Virus record (IMG/VR): IMGVR_UViG_3300020403_000087
Coordinates: 1 to 24,040 of that record
Reading direction: 5' to 3' (one strand)
Origin: a virus
Lineage: Duplodnaviria; Caudoviricetes
DNA: 24,040 bases
Positions 1 to 6,891 of the stretch are shown here, in pieces. Both the position numbers and the translations under genes were made by a program. Numbering within the stretch: position 1 is the first letter of the stretch; every line of letters starts with the position of its first letter. The notes under the pieces are model-generated. The model worked only from the letters and a program-made list of their open reading frames with translations, searched no databases and had not been told where the DNA came from.

Positions 1-8
1 AGAGAGAA

Positions 9-359
9 ATGCAACAGCAAATCGAAAAATTAATTGAAGATATTGTTAATGATTACGCAGTTTGGCAGGGTAATTGTTCTGCAGCTCGTGATAGAGATAT
101 CAGCGATATTCAAAAGCGTATGTTTGAAGAGTTTAAAGATGGTATTGGTTACTCTGAAGGTAAAAAATACATTAAAATCACCAACAAAAATGGTGGCAGT
201 GTTTGGGGTTTTGTTGTAAACACTGACACTGATAAAAAGTTTCGTAAGGGAGATATTCTTAAAGCCGCTGGCTATAATGCTCCTGCTCGTAATGCCGCTC
301 GTGGCAACATCCTGGACGGTGGATATTGCATCCAGTGGACAGGTCCTCTGTACTTGTAA
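9..359 (+). CDS. Conserved hypothetical early phage protein (116 aa)
   Basis: Purine-rich RBS AGAGAGA at 1-7; GKKYIKI...VWGFV...GDILKAAGYNAPARN pattern recalled from small proteins of T4-like aquatic phages. Confidence 0.85.
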   Translation: MQQQIEKLIEDIVNDYAVWQGNCSAARDRDISDIQKRMFEEFKDGIGYSEGKKYIKITNKNGGSVWGFVVNTDTDKKFRKGDILKAAGYNAPARNAARGNILDGGYCIQWTGPLYL

Positions 360-370
360 AAGGAAAAGTA

Positions 371-532
371 ATGGATACTATTCAAAAAACAAAATATGAA
401 GCAGCTCTAGCAGAGTATTTCGCTAATGGTGGAAAGGTTACAGTTTGTCCTGTAAATGAACGGACTGAAGATCTGGAAGTAAATGTTTGGAAAAGAGGAC
501 CTGGGCGTCCTAAAAAAAGTGAGGAGAAGTAA
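371..532 (+). CDS. Small protein with SutA-like RNAP-binding motif and C-terminal AT-hook-like motif (53 aa)
   Basis: Start moved to ATG 371 behind AGGA; ALAEYFANGGKVTV resembles the EFLxxGGKV core of Pseudomonas SutA; ends KRGPGRPKK. Confidence 0.7.
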   Translation: MDTIQKTKYEAALAEYFANGGKVTVCPVNERTEDLEVNVWKRGPGRPKKSEEK

Positions 533-533
533 A

Positions 534-599
534 ATGGCAGCAGTGATTTCATTTTTAATAATTGGAAATATTATAGTTAGTGCTATTCCAATGCAATAA
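534..599 (+). CDS. 21-aa hydrophobic peptide (MAAVISFLIIGNIIVSAIPMQ)
   Basis: GAGGAG RBS at 521-526, ATG 534, TAA 597-599; fills the gap up to the next promoter; below the ORF-track cutoff. Confidence 0.55.
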   Translation: MAAVISFLIIGNIIVSAIPMQ

Positions 600-604
600 A
601 AAGG

Positions 605-632
605 TTGACACATATCATATATGTGCTAATGT
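605..632 (+). promoter_or_regulatory. Early sigma70-type promoter P1
   Basis: TTGACA 605-610, 16-bp spacer ending TGC, TAATGT 627-632, followed by AGTAAGTTG and GAGGAGAGATAGATG. Confidence 0.85.
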
Positions 633-662
633 AAAGAGTAAGTTGTTTTTGAGGAGAGATAG

Positions 663-1049
663 ATGTCAACACTAATTTCAAAATCCGGTCCACAGATTTT
701 TACTGTTTATCAAAATGATCTGTCGGAAATCCAGGACCTTATTAATAAGGAAGGTTGGGATTGTCATGTAAAGGCTGTGTGTCATATCCAAGCAAGCATT
801 TATGATAATGCAGAAATTGCTGTGATGCACTTCGATAGTTGCTACAAAAAGGTAGCAGAAGTCGTTGCTGATGACTTGAATCATGTGTTTGAAGTTGGTA
901 ACATTGGTCCTGAAGATCGTATTACACGGTTTGCTAGTATGCATTCATTTAGTGTTGGCGATATCATCGAAGATGAAGCAGGCAATCGTTGGATGATTGC
1001 TGGTGTTGGATTTACTCCACTTACTCAAGCGTTTAAGGAAGCGGCATAA
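663..1049 (+). CDS. YodL-like domain protein (128 aa)
   Basis: MHSFSVGDII...GVGF resembles the YodL HSLSVSDVV...GF motif; strong RBS. Confidence 0.7.
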   Translation: MSTLISKSGPQIFTVYQNDLSEIQDLINKEGWDCHVKAVCHIQASIYDNAEIAVMHFDSCYKKVAEVVADDLNHVFEVGNIGPEDRITRFASMHSFSVGDIIEDEAGNRWMIAGVGFTPLTQAFKEAA

Positions 1050-1210
1050 TGTATGAAGTATTTTTAACAAATATGGGATACACCCATAGTTCACATCGTA
1101 CACTGGACAGTGCAATCCGCAAGGCTCGCAGTACTGGTTTTACATGTCACATTTTCAAACGTGACAATCCGTTTAAGATTTTAAAAACGGTTTGTCCAAT
1201 TAGGAGATAA
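1049..1210 (+). CDS. Hypothetical basic protein (53 aa, MYEVFLTNMGY...CPIRR)
   Basis: TAATG stop/start overlap with the upstream gene; exactly fills the gap; absent from the ORF track because it is under 60 aa. Confidence 0.7.
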   Translation: MYEVFLTNMGYTHSSHRTLDSAIRKARSTGFTCHIFKRDNPFKILKTVCPIRR

Positions 1211-1212
1211 TA

Positions 1213-1404
1213 ATGGAAGTTGCTATTACAGATTCTGGTACGTTTGAATTGCTGTATGATAAAATGGATGTAATTCTACACATTGCAGCATTTGCTTTTA
1301 GTGTTGCTATTTTTATAATGATTATCAGTGCCGCTTTTAAACTGGGTTGGAAACTCTGGTGGATCGTAATTGGTGCTGGTTTACTAGCGTATTTGTGGGT
1401 ATGA
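1213..1404 (+). CDS. Small membrane protein with two hydrophobic segments (63 aa)
   Basis: AGGAGA RBS; two hydrophobic stretches. Confidence 0.8.
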   Translation: MEVAITDSGTFELLYDKMDVILHIAAFAFSVAIFIMIISAAFKLGWKLWWIVIGAGLLAYLWV

Positions 1405-1568
1405 GACGTAATCAGCCGCAGGATCCCAAGGCATACATTCGTGTACGTATGGGACAATTAATAGATGAATCTAACAAGTGTCATGATCCGCATGATGCTC
1501 AATGGTACAATAGATGTGCTGAAGAACTGCACTGGGTGCTTAAGATAATCGAAAAGGGAGAAAGTTAA
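1401..1568 (+). CDS. Hypothetical protein (55 aa)
   Basis: ATGA overlap with the upstream stop gives a more likely start at 1401 than 1347. Confidence 0.7.
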   Translation: MRRNQPQDPKAYIRVRMGQLIDESNKCHDPHDAQWYNRCAEELHWVLKIIEKGES

Positions 1569-1783
1569 TGGGTCCTTATTCAGAAGAAACACAAACTCAA
1601 CGGGCGGCTAGTATCGAGAAGTTGCTATTAAATAAAGACAATAGTAAAGAAGTAAGACGTATGTGGAAACACGTTCTTAATAATCTTGCCCGCACAGAAG
1701 AAGAATATAATCGTCGTGTAGTAGCTCTTTATGGAGATAAAAAATGGAACCAGTCTATTGGTATGTTGGTGCTTACATCGTAG
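1568..1783 (+). CDS. Hypothetical protein (71 aa)
   Basis: TAATG coupling and GGGAG RBS. Confidence 0.7.
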   Translation: MGPYSEETQTQRAASIEKLLLNKDNSKEVRRMWKHVLNNLARTEEEYNRRVVALYGDKKWNQSIGMLVLTS

Positions 1784-1971
1784 GCAGTGTAATGGGATTT
1801 ATTTTCGGACGCCAAGCAGGTGTCAGCCATGGTATTCTGTTGACTTTGGTAACACTAATTGAAGATGGTTATCTAAAACATAAGATAAAATCGAACGGCG
1901 AATTGGATATTATCCAATTAACATTTGAGGAGAAATTAAATGGCGAAACTCCCGAATCAAAGGATAGTTAG
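1744..1971 (+). CDS. Small protein with N-terminal transmembrane helix (75 aa)
   Basis: GGAGA RBS; hydrophobic N-terminus. Confidence 0.7.
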   Translation: MEPVYWYVGAYIVGSVMGFIFGRQAGVSHGILLTLVTLIEDGYLKHKIKSNGELDIIQLTFEEKLNGETPESKDS

Positions 1972-2182
1972 GTTTGGACCTGATTATAAGTTAAGCATTG
2001 TGGACGAACAGAATCGCAAGAACCTGTTCGAAATCGCTGTGTTTAAAAATGAAAAAATGGTAGAGATGCCCGGTATTACTGCCGAAGGTGACACTGTGTC
2101 ACGGTTTCGCACCGCTGAAGATGTGCAATGCATCATGAAAAAAATGTATTTAATTACAGGAAAAATGCCAGAAAACAGTTGA
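1940..2182 (+). CDS. Hypothetical protein (80 aa)
   Basis: GAGGAGA RBS at 1927-1933; contains LFEIAVF. Confidence 0.75.
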   Translation: MAKLPNQRIVRFGPDYKLSIVDEQNRKNLFEIAVFKNEKMVEMPGITAEGDTVSRFRTAEDVQCIMKKMYLITGKMPENS

Positions 2183-2206
2183 CATATATAGTATCCGTGT
2201 TATTGT
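2179..2206 (+). promoter_or_regulatory. Early sigma70-type promoter P2
   Basis: TTGACA 2179-2184, 16-bp spacer ending TGT, TATTGT 2201-2206. Confidence 0.8.
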
Positions 2207-2234
2207 TAATTATAAGATGAACAAGGAGATGCAG

Positions 2235-2441
2235 ATGGGAATGTCAGGTTACATTATGGATTTAGAAGAAGATTTTGTTGAGGAAGTCAGCAAAAGAATC
2301 GGTGGTTGTGAACATGTACATGAATTAGTACAACAACTTGAAGAAGATGGCTGTATGAAATTATGCGCATGGATGTCAGATATGGAAAAACTTGATTTTG
2401 TATATGAACTATGGGATGAGTTTTGGGCAGACAAAGCCTAA
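2235..2441 (+). CDS. Small acidic protein (about 68 aa)
   Basis: AGGAG at 2224-2228 favours ATG 2235 over 2217; strongly D/E-rich. Confidence 0.75.
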   Translation: MGMSGYIMDLEEDFVEEVSKRIGGCEHVHELVQQLEEDGCMKLCAWMSDMEKLDFVYELWDEFWADKA

Positions 2442-2445
2442 TAGG

Positions 2446-2473
2446 TTGACACATCCTAACCCTGTGTTATTAT
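2446..2473 (+). promoter_or_regulatory. Early sigma70-type promoter P3
   Basis: TTGACA 2446-2451, 16-bp spacer ending TGT, TATTAT 2468-2473, followed by AGTAAGTTG and GAGGAGAGATAGATG. Confidence 0.85.
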
Positions 2474-2503
2474 TAATAGTAAGTTGAAATTGAGGAGAGA
2501 TAG

Positions 2504-2830
2504 ATGACTTATTCAGTAGAACTTCAAAATGCATTGGATGCAATGCGCAAGATTACCAATACTTCTGACATGCATGTATTGGCTCAGCAGTACAATTCAC
2601 ACATTACATTCCTTGGCAAAGTAAACAGCCGTGGTGTTATTGTTGGTGATACAATTGTTTGGGAATACGGTGGACTTAAAAAGACTGGTAAAGTTGTTAA
2701 AGTAAACCGCAAAACAATTGAAGTTATTAATACTGGTGCTACACCGTTTGGTGCAACACGCACCAAGTTGGACAAGTCAATGATTGTTGGCAAGGTTAGT
2801 GCCGACGAATTTAAAGTAAAGGCCGCATAA
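2504..2830 (+). CDS. Hypothetical protein with KOW/SH3-like beta-barrel (108 aa)
   Basis: VGDTIVW...TGKVVKVNRKTIEV pattern; strong RBS. Confidence 0.75.
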   Translation: MTYSVELQNALDAMRKITNTSDMHVLAQQYNSHITFLGKVNSRGVIVGDTIVWEYGGLKKTGKVVKVNRKTIEVINTGATPFGATRTKLDKSMIVGKVSADEFKVKAA

Positions 2831-3012
2831 TGGCACACGCTACTGAAGTATTGGAAAGCAAAGGACACCATTTAGTTGGTGTCCAATGGCCTGTCACTGG
2901 TTCAAAAGGTGATCAGTATACAGTTGAACTTACTGATTATGGCTTTGACTGTAATTGTATTGCGTATCGTAAATGCAAACACATTAAGAGTGTAGAGGAA
3001 CGCTTTGCATAA
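2830..3012 (+). CDS. SWIM zinc-finger protein (60 aa)
   Basis: YTV...CNC...CKH (CxC...CxH) motif; TAATG coupling. Confidence 0.8.
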   Translation: MAHATEVLESKGHHLVGVQWPVTGSKGDQYTVELTDYGFDCNCIAYRKCKHIKSVEERFA

Positions 3013-4021
3013 ACACTGGACTTCAATTGTTAGAGAGGTATTTCCACATGCGGAAATTTTAGATGCCGCACTGAAATACCCTATAACTGATTTTGGTTGG
3101 GATGTACATGTACCTCGAAACACAACTTTTTGCGATTTTGAAAATCCAGAATATAGACTAATTATTAATTTGCAGGATATGTTAACAGACTTTCACAAGG
3201 ACAGTAAATGGCCAAGTGAACTTGTAAAACTTGAACAGCATTTTAAGAAAAATAATTTTCCCTTAGAAAAAATAATTGTTATTGTTTGGCCTTTGGGCAT
3301 TAAAAAAGACTGGCCAAAAGATAGTTTTCATTTAATTGAATTCAGCAGTCATCAATATGAAACTTGGTGTAGTTATAAGGATGCTGAAGATGTATTAAGG
3401 GAAGCATTTTCGCCTGAACATAAAGACTTCGAATTTAATTTTGTTTGTCCACAGCGCATATATAAACCGCATCGTGCCGCACTGCAAAACAGTTTGGATG
3501 ATAGACTGGGCAACATAAGCCTACAGACAAAGGGTATAGAACTAAAATATCCGAACTTAACTGTACAAGAGTATGATGATACATATGATAATCTAGCGAA
3601 TCTTCTTGCTATGCGTAAGAACTATAATACCGCACTGTTTACTATTGTTAGTGAAAGCCAGTACACAGAAGAGTATGGTATAATTAGCGAAAAAACTTTT
3701 AATGCTATTGTAGCAGGTCATCCTTTCCTAATGTGCGCACATAGACTGGCACTGGAAAACATTAGACACTATGGATTTCAAACATATAATTATATTTTTG
3801 ATGAAATGTATGATGAACTGGATAATGTAGTTCGTATGAAAGACATGATTAATATTAATTATCATTTTACAAAAGAACGTTTGAGTGCAGTGGAAATGCA
3901 AAAAATTTGGGAAGATGTTCGTGGAATAGCAGACTTCAACAGAAATTATTATTTTGAACAATTTGGTTATATGTTAATTGACGAACTAAGAATGGATTTG
4001 TTAAACTTATGGGCAAGATAG
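3005..4021 (+). CDS. Putative glycosyltransferase-like protein (338 aa)
   Basis: IVSES...ISEKTFNAI...HPF...GFQTY...FDEMYD resembles the GT10-like E...TEK motif family of large phages; TTG start. Confidence 0.6.
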   Translation: MHKHWTSIVREVFPHAEILDAALKYPITDFGWDVHVPRNTTFCDFENPEYRLIINLQDMLTDFHKDSKWPSELVKLEQHFKKNNFPLEKIIVIVWPLGIKKDWPKDSFHLIEFSSHQYETWCSYKDAEDVLREAFSPEHKDFEFNFVCPQRIYKPHRAALQNSLDDRLGNISLQTKGIELKYPNLTVQEYDDTYDNLANLLAMRKNYNTALFTIVSESQYTEEYGIISEKTFNAIVAGHPFLMCAHRLALENIRHYGFQTYNYIFDEMYDELDNVVRMKDMININYHFTKERLSAVEMQKIWEDVRGIADFNRNYYFEQFGYMLIDELRMDLLNLWAR

Positions 4022-4299
4022 TATTGGATCAACATGCGGCAGAATTGTTTGCTAAAAATATTAATATGATGGTACCCTGGTACTTAATGGCAAGTTATGC
4101 TTACTACAAACAGGATGATCCTATTTTTACAGATAGTTTTTTTGATGATATGGCACGTACAATGTTGGAGTGCTGGGACGATATAGAACACAGTCACAAA
4201 TGCTATATTACAAAAGGTGATCTAACTGGAGGCACATTCCTGGGCAAATATCCTACTAGGGTAGAGGGTGCGCTTCGCAGTGTAAGGAAAGTATTATAA
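4009..4299 (+). CDS. Stand-alone NAD-dependent ligase domain Ia-like protein (96 aa)
   Basis: SYAYYKQDDPIFTDSFFD matches the LigA Ia motif YYxxDxPxxxDxxYD. Confidence 0.65.
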   Translation: MGKIVLDQHAAELFAKNINMMVPWYLMASYAYYKQDDPIFTDSFFDDMARTMLECWDDIEHSHKCYITKGDLTGGTFLGKYPTRVEGALRSVRKVL

Positions 4300-4835
4300 T
4301 GGCTATACACGGTATGATAGATCTTGAAACACTGGATACTACCAGTGACGCTGTGGTTTTAACCTGTGGTGCAATTAAGTTTGATCCGCACACACGCAGT
4401 GAGCCCTATGGTGAACTTTATCATAGACTGGATGTAGATGAGCAGGTTGCACTGGGACGTACAACAGATGAAACAACAATTGAATGGTGGGGCAGTCAAC
4501 CCGAGGCTATATGGCAGGAAGCACTGGGAGATGAAAACCGTACGGATTTGGATACCTTTATACGTGAACTGCAACGCTGGGTAGTGGGTGTTGATGTTAT
4601 CTGGGCGCAGGGATATGGATTTGATATTACCATACTGGATAGTTTGTTAATGAGTAAGGGACATAACAAACCCTGGAACTTCTGGAATATACGTGACAGT
4701 AGAACACTGTTTAAACTTATGCCTGAAGATCCTCGCAAGGCAATGAACTTTGCGGCACACAATGCACTGGAAGATTGTCGTGCGCAGGCACAGTGTGTAC
4801 AAACTTGTTACGATTTTTTTAAAATAAAAGGTTGA
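4299..4835 (+). CDS. DEDDh 3'-5' exonuclease (DexA/Rv2179c-like)
   Basis: ExoI MIDLETL, ExoII WAQGYGFD, ExoIII HNALED. Confidence 0.9.
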   Translation: MAIHGMIDLETLDTTSDAVVLTCGAIKFDPHTRSEPYGELYHRLDVDEQVALGRTTDETTIEWWGSQPEAIWQEALGDENRTDLDTFIRELQRWVVGVDVIWAQGYGFDITILDSLLMSKGHNKPWNFWNIRDSRTLFKLMPEDPRKAMNFAAHNALEDCRAQAQCVQTCYDFFKIKG

Positions 4836-4859
4836 CATATATACTACAGATGTTATTAT
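4832..4859 (+). promoter_or_regulatory. Early sigma70-type promoter P4
   Basis: TTGACA 4832-4837, 16-bp spacer ending TGT, TATTAT 4854-4859, then AGTAAGTT and GGAGAGAGA RBS. Confidence 0.85.
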
Positions 4860-4895
4860 ATATGAGTAAGTTAATTAAATGACACGGAGAGAGAC

Positions 4896-5942
4896 ATGTC
4901 ATACATTCTAGTAAAAGACGGTAGTTACCGCAACCAAGCAGTAGAAAATACTGTATTCCCCCTTATTAAAAACTTTGTGCCTGCTAAAGGCAAGCCAGGC
5001 GGTTTTGTAACTGTCGATGGTACATGTCGCTTTGGTCCAAATGCTAACAAAGTTCGGATTAGTGTTGGCGGAGAGAAGTATTTGCAATATGTAGAACGTG
5101 ATGCTTTTATTAAACAAGAAGGCACTAAGGAAGATATAGTTGCTAGTGCTGAACCTAAGTTTACAGCAAAACAGGATGCAGAGCGTATGCAAGAAATAGG
5201 CACACGTTTTGAGATACTTGATCAGATGACTAAGTCGCTAGTTAAAAGTGACATACGTGCGCTAATTGTTACTGGCCCTCCGGGCGTTGGTAAGAGTTTC
5301 GGTGTTGAAGAAGAACTGTCAAAAAGTTCACTTTTTGGTGATATGGCTGGTTCCAAGCGTAAATACGAAGTAGTAAAAGGTGCGATGACACCCCTAGGAC
5401 TGTATGCTAAACTGTATGAGTACAGTGATAAAGGCAACGTTCTAGTGTTCGATGACTGTGATAGTGTGCTAATGGATGATCTAGCACTTAACATCCTAAA
5501 AGCCGCACTGGACAGCGGGAAGAAGCGTATGATATACTGGAACGCAGAAAGTGCTAAACTGCGCAACGAAGGCATCCCTGACAAGTTTGAGTTCAAGGGC
5601 AGTGCCTGCTTTATTACAAACATTAAGTTTGAGAATGTTCGCAGTAAAAAACTTCAAGATCATTTAGAAGCACTACAATCACGTTGTCATTATCTAGACT
5701 TAACACTGGATACAATGCGTGATAAAATTCTGCGTGTAAAACAAATTGCACAAAAAGGTGATCTGTTTAAAGGCTATGACTTTAAGAAAGAAGAAGAGTC
5801 AGAAATCATAGACTTTATATCGGACAATTGCAACAAGTTTCGTGAAGTAAGTTTGCGGATGGCACTTAAAGTTGCTGACCTTAAAAAGATATCGAGTAAC
5901 TGGAGATCACTTGCTAATGCAACCTGTATGAAAAGGATGTAA
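4896..5942 (+). CDS. AAA+ ATPase (348 aa)
   Basis: Walker A GPPGVGKS, Walker B VLVFDDCD, sensor-1 FITN, arginine finger ALQSR. Confidence 0.9.
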   Translation: MSYILVKDGSYRNQAVENTVFPLIKNFVPAKGKPGGFVTVDGTCRFGPNANKVRISVGGEKYLQYVERDAFIKQEGTKEDIVASAEPKFTAKQDAERMQEIGTRFEILDQMTKSLVKSDIRALIVTGPPGVGKSFGVEEELSKSSLFGDMAGSKRKYEVVKGAMTPLGLYAKLYEYSDKGNVLVFDDCDSVLMDDLALNILKAALDSGKKRMIYWNAESAKLRNEGIPDKFEFKGSACFITNIKFENVRSKKLQDHLEALQSRCHYLDLTLDTMRDKILRVKQIAQKGDLFKGYDFKKEEESEIIDFISDNCNKFREVSLRMALKVADLKKISSNWRSLANATCMKRM

Positions 5943-6128
5943 AGCAAAGCCTTTACGGACTAACAACCTCCTCTCTCTCTTCTTCTCAGGGTTGTTTTTT
6001 CGTAATCTAGAGAAGAGAAGTGCACCACGATAGGAGGCTGTACTTCTCTTCTCACCCTAAAATATTTATGTAATAAAATTACAAAATTTTGACGGTACAC
6101 AAAGTAATAACCAACGAATACCCTTGTT

Positions 6129-6158
6129 AAAAAATTGACGGAACAAAAAATTGACGGA
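6129..6158 (+). repeat. Direct repeat AAAAAATTGACGGA x2 (16-bp period), with a degenerate third copy at 6083-6095
   Basis: Copies read at 6129-6142 and 6145-6158; TTGACGG also at 6089-6095. Confidence 0.85.
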
Positions 6159-6207
6159 TTGAACCGCGGCTCCTCTCTCCTCTCTCTCCTCCAAGCGCGG
6201 TTCATTG

Positions 6208-6240
6208 AGTGGGTAGTTTAGAAATAGACTACCCACTTTT
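6208..6240 (+). terminator. Rho-independent terminator
   Basis: AGTGGGTAGTTTA-GAAA-TAGACTACCCACT 13-bp stem with one G-U and a GNRA loop, followed by TTTATT. Confidence 0.85.
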
Positions 6241-6253
6241 ATTATGTTAGAAT
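6225..6253 (+). promoter_or_regulatory. Possible sigma70 promoter overlapping the terminator, giving a leaderless mRNA
   Basis: TAGACT 6225-6230, 17 bp, TGn-TAGAAT 6248-6253; ATG at 6259 without an SD. Confidence 0.5.
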
Positions 6254-6258
6254 AAGAT

Positions 6259-6891
6259 ATGCTTTATACAATAGGTGATAGTTTTACATACGGTGCTGAA
6301 CTGGCTAATCCTGAACAGGATGCATGGCCTGTGTTAGTTGCACGTAAAGTAAATATGAAGTTACTCAATGAAGGTGAACCTGGTGTGGGTAATGAGTATA
6401 TTGTTAAAAAGACTATACTAGCAGTAAGTAAACATAAACCCGATCTAGTTATAATAGGATGGACTAGTTGTAGTAGGCAGGAGTTTGCAGATGATGTTGG
6501 CGTATTTGATATATGGCCAACACATAACCGGAGAAGATTTAAGAACGCTGAACAACGTCACCGTCTACCTTTAATTGACTACATTACACGGTACAATAAT
6601 GACCTACATGAATATAGGCGCTGGTTAAGGCAAATAGTATTATTGCAAAGTTTTTTACAGGTAAACAATCAGAAGTATTTAATGCTTAGTACACATGATA
6701 ACCAACACCGATTCGGAAGGTTTTGGACACTGTGTCAAGACTATTATGACTTAATAGATCACACAAAATTTGTTGGTTGGCCCAATGATGGCATGGTAGA
6801 ATGGGCATTCAAAACACCACATGGACCAGGTGGACATTTCCTTGAAGAAGGTCACCAAAAGGTAGCAAATGAAATTATCCCATACATTTAA
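6259..6891 (+). CDS. SGNH/GDSL hydrolase-like protein (210 aa)
   Basis: Block I IGDSFTYG, GVGN, C-terminal GGHF...GH. Confidence 0.8.
   Translation: MLYTIGDSFTYGAELANPEQDAWPVLVARKVNMKLLNEGEPGVGNEYIVKKTILAVSKHKPDLVIIGWTSCSRQEFADDVGVFDIWPTHNRRRFKNAEQRHRLPLIDYITRYNNDLHEYRRWLRQIVLLQSFLQVNNQKYLMLSTHDNQHRFGRFWTLCQDYYDLIDHTKFVGWPNDGMVEWAFKTPHGPGGHFLEEGHQKVANEIIPYI

Larger units (their letters stand above)
5962..6240 (+). ncRNA. Candidate structured small RNA or 3' UTR with CU-rich anti-Shine-Dalgarno loops
   Basis: Stems 5962-5968/5990-5996, 6010-6024/6039-6053, 6160-6168/6196-6204 and 6208-6220/6225-6237; imperfect pairs are G-U on the + strand; loops 1 and 3 are pyrimidine tracts. Confidence 0.55.

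Noticed and set aside
5222-5623. Antisense and alternate-frame ORFs (e.g. 5222-5623, 9870-10235, 11625-12146, 16778-17113)
   Set aside because: Shadows of well-supported genes with no motifs or RBS.
6083-6158. TTGACG hexamers as -35 boxes, or the repeats as a mini-CRISPR
   Set aside because: No -10 at 16-18 bp; repeats are 14 bp with a 2-bp gap, unlike CRISPR geometry; no cas genes in the window.
5960-6205. 81-aa minus-strand ORF (MNRAWRRERREE...)
   Set aside because: Its R/E runs simply translate the CT tracts; no RBS; G-U pairs and the terminator favour a + strand RNA.
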